From assembly GCA_963774095.1 (NCBI GenBank), contig CAVZDS010000005.1:31949-95948 (forward strand): a stretch of 64,000 nt of DNA. Reading direction: 5' to 3'. Positions within the stretch are counted from its first letter, which is position 1, and each line of letters opens with the position of its first letter. The notes below the pieces were generated by a model. That model saw only the letters and a program-made list of their open reading frames with translations. It made no database searches and was not told where the DNA came from. This document shows positions 25,130-34,217 of this stretch, piece by piece. Position numbers and translations under genes: made by a program. This stretch comes from an uncultured Thermoleophilaceae bacterium (lineage in GTDB: Bacteria > Actinomycetota > Thermoleophilia > Solirubrobacterales > Thermoleophilaceae).

Positions 25130-26556
25130 GCGGCGCCCGGGAGACGCGCCCCGGGGCGCTCGCACTCGTGCTCCACTCGCACATGCCGTACGTGGAGGGA
25201 TTCGGCACCTGGCCGTTCGGTGAGGAGTGGCTGTGGGAGGCGGTGGCGTGCGTGTACCTGCCGCTGCTCGACCTCCTCGACGGCGCGCCCGTGACGGTGG
25301 GGCTGACACCGGTCCTGTGCGACCAGGTCGAGGCGATGCGCGGGGAACCGGGCGAGCGCTACCTGCGCTTCCTGCGCGAGGTGCGCGCTCCCATCCACGC
25401 CGAGGACGCAGCCGGCCTTGAGCGCGGCGGTGAGCCCAGGCTCGCCACGGAGGTGCGCCGCGCAGCGGAGGACTACACGCGAGCGGAGCGCGCGTTCGAG
25501 GAACGCGGGCGCGACCTCCTCGCCGCCTTCGGCGCCCTGGAGCGGGTGGAGCTCTGGACCTCCGCGGCCACGCATGCGCTGCTGCCGCTGATCGCCACCG
25601 ACGCCGGCCTGCGGCTCCAGCTCGCCACCGGCACGGCGTCGCACCTGCACCGCTTCGGCCGCTGGGCGGGCGGCTTCTGGCTGCCGGAGTGCGCCTTCGT
25701 GCCGGGGCTCGAGCGGGAGCTCGCCGAGCAGGGCGTGCGCGCGTTCTGCGTCGACCAGACCGGAGTGGAGGGGTTCGACCACCTGCGTCCCGTCGCGACG
25801 GAGCCGGGACCGGTGGCGGTGCCGATCGACTGGCAGACCGTGCAGCTCGTCTGGAACGAGGACGAGGGCTACCCGGCGAGCGATGGGTACCGCGATTATC
25901 ACCGACGCACCACCCACGACCTGAAGCCCTGGAACAACGCCGGCGGCCCATACGACCACGAGGCCGCGCTGGCGCTCGCGCGCGAGCACGCGCGCGACTT
26001 CGTGAGCCGCGCGGCGGCGCGGCTCGAGCACGGCGGCCTGCTCTGCTGCGCGCTCGACACCGAGCTGCTCGGCCACTGGTGGTACGAGGGGCAGGCCTGG
26101 CTGCGCGCGGTGCTCGACGAGGCAGAGGCGCAGGGAGTGCGGCTGGTGACCGTGTCCGAGGGGATCGAGCTGGTGGAGCCCGTCGCGCGCGAGCTCAGCG
26201 CGTCCACGTGGGGACACGGCAAGGACTTCACCACCTGGGACGCGCCGCCGGTGGCGGAGCTGGCCTTCGCCGCGCGCTCCGCCGAGCTGCGGACCGTGGC
26301 GGCCGTGGCCGGGCGCGGCGCCCCGCACGCGGCGCTCGAGCGCGCGGCCCGCGAGCTGCTCGCGATGCAGGCGAGCGACTGGTCGTTCATGGTCACGCGT
26401 GACCTCGCGGGCGACTATCCGGTCGAGCGAATGCGCCTCCACGGAGCGGCCCTCGACGCCGCGCTGGCCGCTCTGACAGACTCTGCGGCCGCTCCAGACC
26501 CGCACCTGCGCGGCCTCGCCCCCCACCTCGACCTCGCCCCACTGACCACTCCGTAG
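25126..26556 (+). CDS. Glycoside hydrolase family 57 protein (alpha-glucan branching-enzyme type, DUF1957-containing)
   Basis: The ATG overlaps the CPBP stop (ATGA at 25126-25129). N-terminus ALVLHSHMPYVEGFGTWPFGEEWLWEAVACVYLPLLDLL, later LWTSAATHALLPL, FWLPECAF and ELLGHWWYEG. The track ORF 24376-26556 is an out-of-frame 5' extension. Confidence 0.85.
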   Translation: MSGARETRPGALALVLHSHMPYVEGFGTWPFGEEWLWEAVACVYLPLLDLLDGAPVTVGLTPVLCDQVEAMRGEPGERYLRFLREVRAPIHAEDAAGLERGGEPRLATEVRRAAEDYTRAERAFEERGRDLLAAFGALERVELWTSAATHALLPLIATDAGLRLQLATGTASHLHRFGRWAGGFWLPECAFVPGLERELAEQGVRAFCVDQTGVEGFDHLRPVATEPGPVAVPIDWQTVQLVWNEDEGYPASDGYRDYHRRTTHDLKPWNNAGGPYDHEAALALAREHARDFVSRAAARLEHGGLLCCALDTELLGHWWYEGQAWLRAVLDEAEAQGVRLVTVSEGIELVEPVARELSASTWGHGKDFTTWDAPPVAELAFAARSAELRTVAAVAGRGAPHAALERAARELLAMQASDWSFMVTRDLAGDYPVERMRLHGAALDAALAALTDSAAAPDPHLRGLAPHLDLAPLTTP

Positions 26557-26563
26557 CCCACCA

Positions 26564-27775
26564 ATGCGCGTCCTCGTCCTGTCCTGGGAGTACCCGCCGC
26601 TGATCGAGGGCGGGCTCGCGCGCCACGTGCGCAAGCTGGCGGAGAACCTCGCCGACCAGGGGGTCGACGTGCACGTGCTCGCCCGCGGGCGCGAGGAGGA
26701 TCCCGCCGAGCAGGAGTCGGGCGGTGTGCTCGTGCACCGCGTGCGCGAGCCCGAGCGCCCGCGCGACCTGAGCGAGTTCGTGGCCTGGATCGAGCACATG
26801 AACTCGGACATGCTCGCCGCCGGAGTGGAGGTGGGGGACCGCTACGACTTCGACGTCGTGCACGGCCACGACTGGCTCGTGGCCTCGGCCGGCGACCACC
26901 TTGCGAAGCGCTTCCGGGCGCCATTGGTGGTGACCATCCACGCCACCGAGTACGGCCGCCACCAGGGCTGGGTCGACAAGCACCCGCAGTCCTACATCCA
27001 CGGCGTCGAGCGCTGGATGGCCAACCGCGCCGACCGCCTGATCACCTGCTCCTCGTACATGCGCGAGCACGTGGCCGACATCTACGGCCTCGAGGAGAGC
27101 CGCGTGAACGTGATCTCCAACGGGATCGATCCCTCGGAGCTCGTCCCGGTGGACGACCTGGACACGCTGCGCTCGCGCTTCGCGGCGCCCGACGAGCGGC
27201 TCGTCCTGCTGGTGGGACGACTCGTGTACGAGAAGGGCTTCCAGCTCGCGCTCGAGGCCCTGCCCGGGCTGATCGAGCGGCTCGGCAACGTGCGCTTCCT
27301 CGTGGCCGGCTCAGGGACCGCCGAGGAGGAGCTGCGCGAGCAGGCGACCCGCCTCGGGCTCGACGACCACGGCACCTTCCTCGGCTGGATCGGCGACGAC
27401 GTGCTGCACTCGCTCTACCGGATCGCCGACCTCACCGTCGTGCCCTCGATCTACGAGCCCTTCGGCCTGGTGGCCCTCGAGGCGATGGCGTCGGGCTGTC
27501 CCTGCCTCGTGGCCGACACCGGTGGCCTGCGCGAGGTGGTGCCGAACGAGGACGTGGGCCTGCGCTTCCGCTCGCGCGACCCGGACTCGCTCGGCGCGAT
27601 GGCCGAGCGGCTGCTCACGGACGAGGAGCTGCGCGACCGGCTGGTGGCGGAGGCGTCCGAGCACGTGCTGACGTTCGACTGGGGCGACGTCGCCCGGCAG
27701 GTGGGCGCCGTCTACGCCGAGGTCACGCGACCGGCCGGCGCATCAGCGCGCGAGCGGCGCGCCGCCCGCTCCTGA
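26564..27775 (+). CDS. GT4-family glycosyltransferase (glycogen-synthase-like alpha-1,4-glucosyltransferase)
   Basis: MRVLVLSWEYPPLIEGGLARHVRKLAENLADQGVDVHVLARG, later SIYEPFGLVALEAMASGCP (the E-x7-E region). It starts 7 nt after the GH57 gene. Confidence 0.88.
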   Translation: MRVLVLSWEYPPLIEGGLARHVRKLAENLADQGVDVHVLARGREEDPAEQESGGVLVHRVREPERPRDLSEFVAWIEHMNSDMLAAGVEVGDRYDFDVVHGHDWLVASAGDHLAKRFRAPLVVTIHATEYGRHQGWVDKHPQSYIHGVERWMANRADRLITCSSYMREHVADIYGLEESRVNVISNGIDPSELVPVDDLDTLRSRFAAPDERLVLLVGRLVYEKGFQLALEALPGLIERLGNVRFLVAGSGTAEEELREQATRLGLDDHGTFLGWIGDDVLHSLYRIADLTVVPSIYEPFGLVALEAMASGCPCLVADTGGLREVVPNEDVGLRFRSRDPDSLGAMAERLLTDEELRDRLVAEASEHVLTFDWGDVARQVGAVYAEVTRPAGASARERRAARS

Positions 27776-28958
27776 TCGCGCCCTCCATCAGCCCGGCCTG
27801 CGCTCCGGCGGTGTGCTCGCCGGCGAAAGCGAGCGGGCCTGTGGGCTCCTCCACCGCCTCCGCGACGGCAGGCGGCGGCGAGGCGGAGTAGGCGGCGCCG
27901 ACCCAGGGATCGTCGTCCCAGGTGGAGAGGACGGCGCCCGAGCGGTCGAGCGCGAGGTCGTCGCGGAGTCGCCCGAGCGAGTCGAGCCAGAGCTCCGGGC
28001 CGCTCCCGACCTCGAGCCGCTCGAGCGCGTTCGCGGAGCCCGCGAAGGCACTCACCACGGGCTGGGCGTGCGGGCCTTCCCCGGTGGCGGTCCAGCTCCA
28101 GTAGCGCTCGGGCACGTTCATCACGGCGCTCGGCTCGGCGGGGCCGCGAAGCGGCACGAACAGCTTGGCGGCGTGCCCGTAGTTGACGAGCGACAGGGCG
28201 TCGCTGAGCGCGCCCGGGAGCGGCGGGTCGAAGGCGATCCGGTCGAGGACGCTCGCCGGCACCGCGATCACGCACACGTCGGCATCGAGCTCGCCGGACT
28301 CCGAGAGCACGCGGACCCGCTCGCCCCACTCGACGGCCGTGACCGGGGAGGCCAGCCGCAGCGCCCCTCCGAGCGACTCGGCGAGCGCCAGCGGCAGGCG
28401 CTGGTTGCCGCCCGCGATGCTCGGCGAGGGCTCGTCGTCGATGTGCGCCACCCCGGCCAGCTCGGCCGCGGCCACCCGAGCGGCCGAGTTCGCACTCGAG
28501 ATCTCGACCCGCGCGAGGATCGCCTCGCGGGCGCCCGGCGGGATGTCGAGTGCGTCGAGAAACTCGCGCGCGGAGCGGTGAGGCGCGCCGCTCGGCTCGG
28601 GCGCGCCCGCCCGCCCGGCGGCGTCCTCGCCCAGCGCGCGCTCCACCTCGGCCACCGCCGCCGCCAGCTCCTCGTGCGTGGTGCCGATGCCGCCGCGCGG
28701 GTCGCGGCGGCCGTAGTGCATGCCCTTGTCCCACAGGCCGAGCCCGAAGCGCTCGCCGAGCTCCATCAGCGCGGTGTTGCCCGGCAGGATGAACTCGGCG
28801 CCCATCTCCACGACCGCGCCGTTTGCGAGCTCCTGCGACCACACGCGCCCGCCCACGCGCGAGCGAGCCTCGAGCACCACCACCTCCACGCCGCCGCGCG
28901 CCAGCTCGTCGGCGGCCACCAGCCCGGCGAGCCCGGCTCCGACGACGACAGCCCTCAT
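27723..28958 (-). CDS. Flavin-containing amine oxidase family protein
   Basis: Dinucleotide fold VVVGAGLAGLVAADELARGGVEVVVLEARSRVGGRV. The C-terminal FAGEHTA...GLMEGAIRSGRRAA is typical of the MAO/putrescine-oxidase family. The 3' end overlaps the convergent GT4 gene by 53 nt. Confidence 0.85.
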   Translation of the reverse strand: MRAVVVGAGLAGLVAADELARGGVEVVVLEARSRVGGRVWSQELANGAVVEMGAEFILPGNTALMELGERFGLGLWDKGMHYGRRDPRGGIGTTHEELAAAVAEVERALGEDAAGRAGAPEPSGAPHRSAREFLDALDIPPGAREAILARVEISSANSAARVAAAELAGVAHIDDEPSPSIAGGNQRLPLALAESLGGALRLASPVTAVEWGERVRVLSESGELDADVCVIAVPASVLDRIAFDPPLPGALSDALSLVNYGHAAKLFVPLRGPAEPSAVMNVPERYWSWTATGEGPHAQPVVSAFAGSANALERLEVGSGPELWLDSLGRLRDDLALDRSGAVLSTWDDDPWVGAAYSASPPPAVAEAVEEPTGPLAFAGEHTAGAQAGLMEGAIRSGRRAARALMRRPVA

Positions 28959-28961
28959 CGG

Positions 28962-29378
28962 TCAGGACTTCGGTGGGCGAAGGCCGTCGCCGAGGGCGGC
29001 GCGGAGCGCCTCGACCGAGTGCTCCGGCAGCCGGCTGCCGACCCAGATCTCGTTGTATCCCACGTCGGGCGCCTCGACGAGGTAGCCGTGGTCGTCGCGG
29101 ACATTGAGCTCGATGGCGATCTCCGGGTCCGCGTGCCGCTCGAGCATCTCGCGCAGCACCGCCAGCGTGTCGCCCTCGATCGGCAGCTCCAGATAGCGCC
29201 CGACTCCCAGCGAAATCGGACCGATCCGAAGCCCGCGGCGCATGCGACGCCGGTTCGCCTCGGCGAGATCGGGCCGGTCCTTTGTGCGCTCCTCCACGAA
29301 GGCGAGCAGCTCCTTCGACTCGCCGTCGAGCTCGAGGATGGCGCCCTCGAGGCGTGACTCCTGGAGCCCCGCGAGCAC
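28962..29378 (-). CDS. Hypothetical protein (138 aa)
   Basis: ORF with a coding-like third-position bias, lying between the acyl-CoA synthetase and amine oxidase genes on the same strand and ending 3 nt before the oxidase ATG. Protein-like sequence continues upstream of the GTG start (IGKGAFEIELGYYRGPLER) without a canonical start codon, so the 5' end is uncertain. Confidence 0.5.
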   Translation of the reverse strand: MLAGLQESRLEGAILELDGESKELLAFVEERTKDRPDLAEANRRRMRRGLRIGPISLGVGRYLELPIEGDTLAVLREMLERHADPEIAIELNVRDDHGYLVEAPDVGYNEIWVGSRLPEHSVEALRAALGDGLRPPKS

Positions 29379-29454
29379 GCGCTCGAGGGGCCCTCTGTAG
29401 TAGCCCAGCTCGATTTCGAAGGCGCCCTTCCCGATGCGCGAACGCTACCTGCGC

Positions 29455-31575
29455 TCACGTTGCCGCGACAGGAGCGACCGCCACGGCGTCGACCGCGACC
29501 GCGCCGCGCTCGTGCACCAGCACCGGGTTGAGCTCGAGCAGCTCCAGCCCATGTTCGAGCAGCAGCGCACCGGCGGCGGCGGCGATTCGAGCGGCGGCCA
29601 CGACGTCGACCTCGACGCCTCCGCGCCGCCCCGTGACGACGCCCGCCGAGCGCAACCCGCGGATCGCGCGCTCCACCTGCTCGGTCGAGGCGGGGAGCGG
29701 CACGATCGCCGCGTCGTCGAGCGCCTCCGTCCAGATACCGCCGGCGGCCACCACCAGGCACGGCACCACCGCGTCCGCGTGCGCGGCCACCAACAGCTCG
29801 GCACCCGGCGGCGCCATGCGCTCGACCAGGACGCTGGCGTGCTCGATGCCGAGCCCCGCCAGGCGGCGGTAGGCGGCGCGGACGGCGTCCTCCGTGGCGA
29901 GATCGAGGACGAGGGCGCCCACGTCGGCCTTGTGCTGCAACGACGGCGCGCTCAGCTTGACGGCAACGGGACCCCCGAGCTCAGAGAGGGCCACAGCGGC
30001 GCCGTCCTCACTGTCCACGAGGCGCCCATCCACCACGGGAAGGCCCGCCCGTCGCAGCAGCTCCTTGGCCTCATGCTCCGGCAGCCAGCGCCGGCCATTG
30101 CTCGAAGGAGTGCCGGCCTCCCGCATCGTCCGGGTCGCGCCGGCAATTGCGCGGAGCCGATCGGGATCGGCAGCGGGCGCGTCGAGAGCGGCGGCACAGG
30201 CGATCCCGGTCCGCAGGCTGGCCACAGCCGGGATGCCAGCCTCGATGAACGCGAGCGCGGCGGACTCGTCGAGCAGCTCGGGAAGGGTCGACGACACCAT
30301 CACCGGTGTCGCGGACGCCGCGGCGCCCAGCCGGATTCCCTCTCGGACCGCCGCCCAGGAGCCCCCGCGGCCGGAGTCGGCCGCCTGGTCGTAGAACACC
30401 AGAATGCGGTCCACGCCTGGGTCGTCGCCCACTGCGGCAACGATGTCGCGCAGCCGCTCGACGTCGCCCCAGATCAGCGCGGTGTAGTCGAGCGGATTGG
30501 CCACGGTGGCCGCGTCGGGCAGCAGCGTGCCAAGCCGCTCAGCGGTCTCGGCCGCGAACGGGGGCAGCCGCAGCCCGAGGCGCGCGCACTCGTCGGCGGC
30601 AAGCGCCGAGTCGCCCCCGGAGCACGTGAGGACCGCGAGCCCCCGGCCAGATAAAGGGACAGTCCCTTTAAGTGCAGCCGCGCCGCGCGTCGCTCGTGCG
30701 CGCGGCACCGCCATGGCCTTCGCCAGCTCGAGCAGGTCGTGCACATCGGCTGCCCAGGCTGCGCCCGCCTCTTCCACGAGCGCTCTGAACACGCGCTGGT
30801 CGCCCGCGAGCGCGCCCGTGTGGGCTGTGGCCGCTGCCGCCCCCGCCGCGGATTCGCCCACCTTCAGGACCGCCACGCCCACGCCTTGGTCCGCGCAGTC
30901 CGCGAGCGCCTCGCACAGGAGCGCTCCGTCGCCGTCGCCCTCGAGGTACAGCGCTATCGACCGGACGTCGTCGTCACGGGCCAGCGCGCTCACCCACTCG
31001 GCGGGGTCCACCACGGTCGCGTTTCCGCACGACACGACGGTGTGAAAGCGCAGCGCGCGCCTTCCCGCCAGGGCGTTCACCGCGACATTCCCGCTCTGCG
31101 AGACCATCGCGACCGGCCCGGCCGCGAGCGGCCGCAGCGCGTCGCCCCACATGGCCGCGCCCGACGCCACCGCGACGATCCCGTTCCCGTTCGGCCCGCA
31201 CACCGGAAGCCGATGCCGTTCGGCCACCTCGCGCAGGTCGTGCTCGAGCTCGACGCCTGAGGCGACCTCGCCGAAGCCCGCGCTGTACACGACCGCTCCG
31301 CCGCACCCGAGCCGGCCGGCCTCGTCCAGAACCTCCGCGACCGACGCCGCCGGAATTCCCACGACCACCGCGTCCGGCACCTCCGGAAGCTCGGACAGCG
31401 ACGGGAAGCACTCGTAGCCATGCGCCTGGCCGCGCGTGGGGTGGACTCCCCACACGGGCCCCGCAAAGCCAGCCCCGCGCAGGTTCAGCAGCGTCTCGCC
31501 CGCGTACGAGTCGTCGCGCTCGCTTGCGCCGACAACCGCGACGCTGCGCGGCTTCAGCAGCCGCCCCAGGTCCAT
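29455..31575 (-). CDS. ADP-forming acyl-CoA synthetase family protein (CoA-binding + ATP-grasp domains, acetate--CoA ligase-like)
   Basis: The ATG at 31575 overlaps the ACAD stop (TGATG). N-terminus MDLGRLLKPRSVAVVGASERDDSYAGETLLNL...VWGVHP is typical of a CoA-binding domain. The C-terminal half is ATP-grasp-like (WLPEHEAKELLRRAGLPVVDGRLV). The 843-aa track ORF includes an out-of-frame 5' extension. Confidence 0.85.
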   Translation of the reverse strand: MDLGRLLKPRSVAVVGASERDDSYAGETLLNLRGAGFAGPVWGVHPTRGQAHGYECFPSLSELPEVPDAVVVGIPAASVAEVLDEAGRLGCGGAVVYSAGFGEVASGVELEHDLREVAERHRLPVCGPNGNGIVAVASGAAMWGDALRPLAAGPVAMVSQSGNVAVNALAGRRALRFHTVVSCGNATVVDPAEWVSALARDDDVRSIALYLEGDGDGALLCEALADCADQGVGVAVLKVGESAAGAAAATAHTGALAGDQRVFRALVEEAGAAWAADVHDLLELAKAMAVPRARATRGAAALKGTVPLSGRGLAVLTCSGGDSALAADECARLGLRLPPFAAETAERLGTLLPDAATVANPLDYTALIWGDVERLRDIVAAVGDDPGVDRILVFYDQAADSGRGGSWAAVREGIRLGAAASATPVMVSSTLPELLDESAALAFIEAGIPAVASLRTGIACAAALDAPAADPDRLRAIAGATRTMREAGTPSSNGRRWLPEHEAKELLRRAGLPVVDGRLVDSEDGAAVALSELGGPVAVKLSAPSLQHKADVGALVLDLATEDAVRAAYRRLAGLGIEHASVLVERMAPPGAELLVAAHADAVVPCLVVAAGGIWTEALDDAAIVPLPASTEQVERAIRGLRSAGVVTGRRGGVEVDVVAAARIAAAAGALLLEHGLELLELNPVLVHERGAVAVDAVAVAPVAAT

Positions 31576-32777
31576 CAGTGCAGCGTGCGCTCGACGCCGC
31601 GCCGCTCGAGGGCCCGCGCGATGATCAGGCGCTGGATCTCGCTGGTGCCCTCCCAGATGCGGTCCACGCGCAGCTCGCGGAAGAAGCGCTCCGCCACGTT
31701 CGTGCGCATGTAGCCGCGGCCGCCGAAGATCTGGAGGCAGCGGTCGGCGCAGCGGTTCGCCGCCTCGCTCACGAACAGCTTCGCCATCGAGGCCTTTGCG
31801 TGCACGACCTTGGGATCGGCGCCGGCGTCGGCCAGCCGGGCGACCTCGAGCGCCAGCAGCCGGCCGGCCGCGGCGTCGGCGGCGGAGTCCGCCAGGGGGA
31901 ACGACACGCCCTGGTAGTCCATGATCCGCTGCCCGCCCTGCTGGCGCTTGAGCGCCCAGGCGGTGGCCTCCTCGATCAGCCGCCACATCGAGCCCACGCC
32001 GCGTGCGGCGATGCCCAGCCGCTCCTCGGTGAACCAGGAGCGCTGGAGCTCGTCGCCGCCGCCGACGCCGCCAACGACGGCATCGTCAGCCACCTGCACT
32101 CCGTTGAAGCGGATCGTCGGATGCCCGTGGGGATAGGTGTGCGAGAAGGGCGGGTCGTCGACCACCTCGATGCCGTCGAGAGCGCGGTCGACAAGGAACA
32201 GCGTCGGCAGTGCCTCGTCGTCGACGAGCGCCTTCGCCATCACGATGTAGACCGCCGCCACGTCGCCGTAGGTCACGAACCACTTCTCGCCGTCGATCAC
32301 CCAGCCCGCGTCGTTCCGGCGCGCCGTGCTGGCGATGCCCGACGGGTCGGAGCCGGCCTCGGCCTCCGTCACGGCGTACGCGTCGTGCAGCTCGCCGCGC
32401 AGGGCCGGCTTCAGGTAGCGCTCGATCTGCTCGGGCGTGCCGCTCGCGAGCACGTTGTACGCCCCCGGCATGTGCCAGGACAGCGCGTTCGTCGAGCGCC
32501 CAAGCTGCTCCTCCACGAGGAACCACTCGACCTTCGACCAGCCCTGGCCGCCGTGCTCGGTGGAGTGCAGCCCACCCGAGAGCCGCGCGGCGACCGACTC
32601 GCGTCTGATCAGCTGCTTCAGGTCGTCCGGGATCTTCCCGCCGGCGCGCTCGGCGAGCTCCTCGTTAGGGATCAGCACCTCGTCGACGAAGCGGCGGGCG
32701 CGTTCGCGCAGCTCGAGCTGCTGCGGGGTGAGGTCCGCCGCGCTCTGGGCGGCGGGGGCGGTGGGTGTGACCGTCAT
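31575..32777 (-). CDS. Acyl-CoA dehydrogenase
   Basis: Typical ACAD segments YAVTEAEAGSDPSGIASTA, DGEKWFVT, ...GGRGYMRTNVAERFFRELRVDRIWEGTSEIQRLIIAR. Confidence 0.9.
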   Translation of the reverse strand: MTVTPTAPAAQSAADLTPQQLELRERARRFVDEVLIPNEELAERAGGKIPDDLKQLIRRESVAARLSGGLHSTEHGGQGWSKVEWFLVEEQLGRSTNALSWHMPGAYNVLASGTPEQIERYLKPALRGELHDAYAVTEAEAGSDPSGIASTARRNDAGWVIDGEKWFVTYGDVAAVYIVMAKALVDDEALPTLFLVDRALDGIEVVDDPPFSHTYPHGHPTIRFNGVQVADDAVVGGVGGGDELQRSWFTEERLGIAARGVGSMWRLIEEATAWALKRQQGGQRIMDYQGVSFPLADSAADAAAGRLLALEVARLADAGADPKVVHAKASMAKLFVSEAANRCADRCLQIFGGRGYMRTNVAERFFRELRVDRIWEGTSEIQRLIIARALERRGVERTLH

Positions 32778-33070
32778 AGACCGAGCTCCAGCTGTGAGTG
32801 GTTGTGCACGACGTCCTCCACGATCGAGCGCGCCTCAGCCACGGCAGGGTCCTCCGCGGAGCGGGCGAGCACCAGTGCGTCCGCCAGGTAGCGGCGCCAT
32901 GCGCGCCGTCCGCGACGGGTGATGAGTAGCTCCGCTCGCGCGGCCTCCCGCGCCACGAGCTCGGGACTCGGATGCCCGCCGGAGCGCAGCGCGGCGAGCG
33001 CCTTGGGCAGCTCGATTTCGGGTTCTGGGGTGATCGAGAGCCATGCCTTGCGGGCGCCGTGTGGACGCAC
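32774..33070 (-). CDS. Small hypothetical protein (98 aa), translationally coupled to the ACAD
   Basis: GTG start 33070. Its stop overlaps the ACAD start (ATGA at 32774-32777). G/C third-position bias. I recognise no family. Confidence 0.45.
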   Translation of the reverse strand: MRPHGARKAWLSITPEPEIELPKALAALRSGGHPSPELVAREAARAELLITRRGRRAWRRYLADALVLARSAEDPAVAEARSIVEDVVHNHSQLELGL

Positions 33071-33077
33071 GGGGGCA

Positions 33078-33099
33078 TGTTATCATGCGACTGATCACA
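33078..33099. promoter_or_regulatory. Imperfect palindrome in a 37-bp divergent intergenic region; candidate TetR operator
   Basis: TGTTATCA (33078-33085), N6, TGATCACA (33092-33099). The half-sites match in 7 of 8 positions as an inverted repeat. It is AT-rich relative to its surroundings and lies between the minus-strand ACAD operon and the plus-strand Rieske-TetR operon. Confidence 0.45.
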
Positions 33100-33107
33100 A
33101 AGTCAGG

Positions 33108-34217
33108 ATGATTGTGACGCTCTCTGAAACCGCTCTGGGACTGGCTTCGGCGCTCGAGTCGCGCTACTACCGCGACCCGGAGATCGCGGAGCTCGAGCAG
33201 GAGCGGATCTTCGCTCGCTCCTGGCAGCTCGTGGGCCACGCCTCGCAGCTCGCGGACCCCGGCGACTACCTGACCGGCAGCGCCGGCGTGCAGCCGGTGC
33301 TCGTGCTGCGGGCCGACGACGGCCAGCTGCGCGCCTTCCGCAACGTCTGCCGCCATCGCGGCTCGCGCCTCCTGAACGGCTCGGGGCAGTGCGGCCAGGC
33401 GATCCGCTGCCTGTACCACGGCTGGACCTACCGCCTCGACGGGCAGCTGATCGGCGTACCCGAGGGACGCTCGATCGCCGACCTCGACAAGGCTCAGCTC
33501 GGGCTGTTCCCGGCCCGCGTCGAGACGCTGTGCGGGCTCGTGTTCGTGAACCTCGACATCCACGCCCAGCCGCTCGCCGAGCAGGTGGCCGGGCTGCCCG
33601 AGCGGCTCGCGCCCTACAACATCGCTGGGCTGAAGCCGAGCGGCGAATGGCACAACACCCAGCCGGCGAACTGGAAGATCGTGATCGACAACTACAACGA
33701 GGGCTACCACGTGCCGATCGCCCACCCGGGGCTGATGCGGCTGCTCGATTACAAGCGCTACGACGTGGAGGTCCACGACGGCTGGGTCTGGTTCGACGCG
33801 CCCATGCGCGACAAGCCCTCGGGGAACCCGCTCGAACGTGCCTACCAGCGGCTCGTGACCCCCATGCCCGGGCTGGGCGAGAACGACCGGCGCGTGTGGC
33901 GCTACGCGATGATCTACCCGAACACCACGATCGACCTGTATCCGGACCAGGTGGCCACCTGGCGCATCGACCCCGACGGGCCGCTGCGCTCGCGCGATCA
34001 CGCGCGCACCTATCGCCATCCGCGCGCCGGGGTGCGGACCCGGCTCGCGCAGTTCGCCAACAACCGGCTGAACACGCTGGTCGGCAAGGAGGACCACGAC
34101 CTCGTGGAGAACGTGCAGGCCGGTCTCGAGACGCGCGGCTTCGAGCTCGGGCCACTGTCCCACCGCGAGGCGGCGATCGCGTGGTTCGCCGAGCGGATCC
34201 GGGCCGACCTCGCGTGA
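33108..34217 (+). CDS. Rieske [2Fe-2S] aromatic-ring-hydroxylating-type oxygenase, alpha subunit (GbcA/CntA-like architecture)
   Basis: Rieske motif CRHRGSRL...CLYHGWTY. Mononuclear iron motif NYNEGYHVPIAHP. ATG 33108 lies within track ORF 32919-34217. Confidence 0.85.
   Translation: MIVTLSETALGLASALESRYYRDPEIAELEQERIFARSWQLVGHASQLADPGDYLTGSAGVQPVLVLRADDGQLRAFRNVCRHRGSRLLNGSGQCGQAIRCLYHGWTYRLDGQLIGVPEGRSIADLDKAQLGLFPARVETLCGLVFVNLDIHAQPLAEQVAGLPERLAPYNIAGLKPSGEWHNTQPANWKIVIDNYNEGYHVPIAHPGLMRLLDYKRYDVEVHDGWVWFDAPMRDKPSGNPLERAYQRLVTPMPGLGENDRRVWRYAMIYPNTTIDLYPDQVATWRIDPDGPLRSRDHARTYRHPRAGVRTRLAQFANNRLNTLVGKEDHDLVENVQAGLETRGFELGPLSHREAAIAWFAERIRADLA

Noticed and set aside
29455-31986. An 843-aa version of the acyl-CoA synthetase ORF. 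Similar long 5' extensions occur for 24376-26556, 32919-34217, 33389-34858, 35201-36598, 37430-39274, 39219-41039, 50092-51603, 50727-52577 and 52100-53563.
   Set aside because: The extra N-terminal parts are Arg/Pro/Gly-rich alternative-frame read-through of the upstream gene. In each case a start codon sits exactly at a 1-4-nt stop/start overlap and is followed by a family-typical N-terminus.
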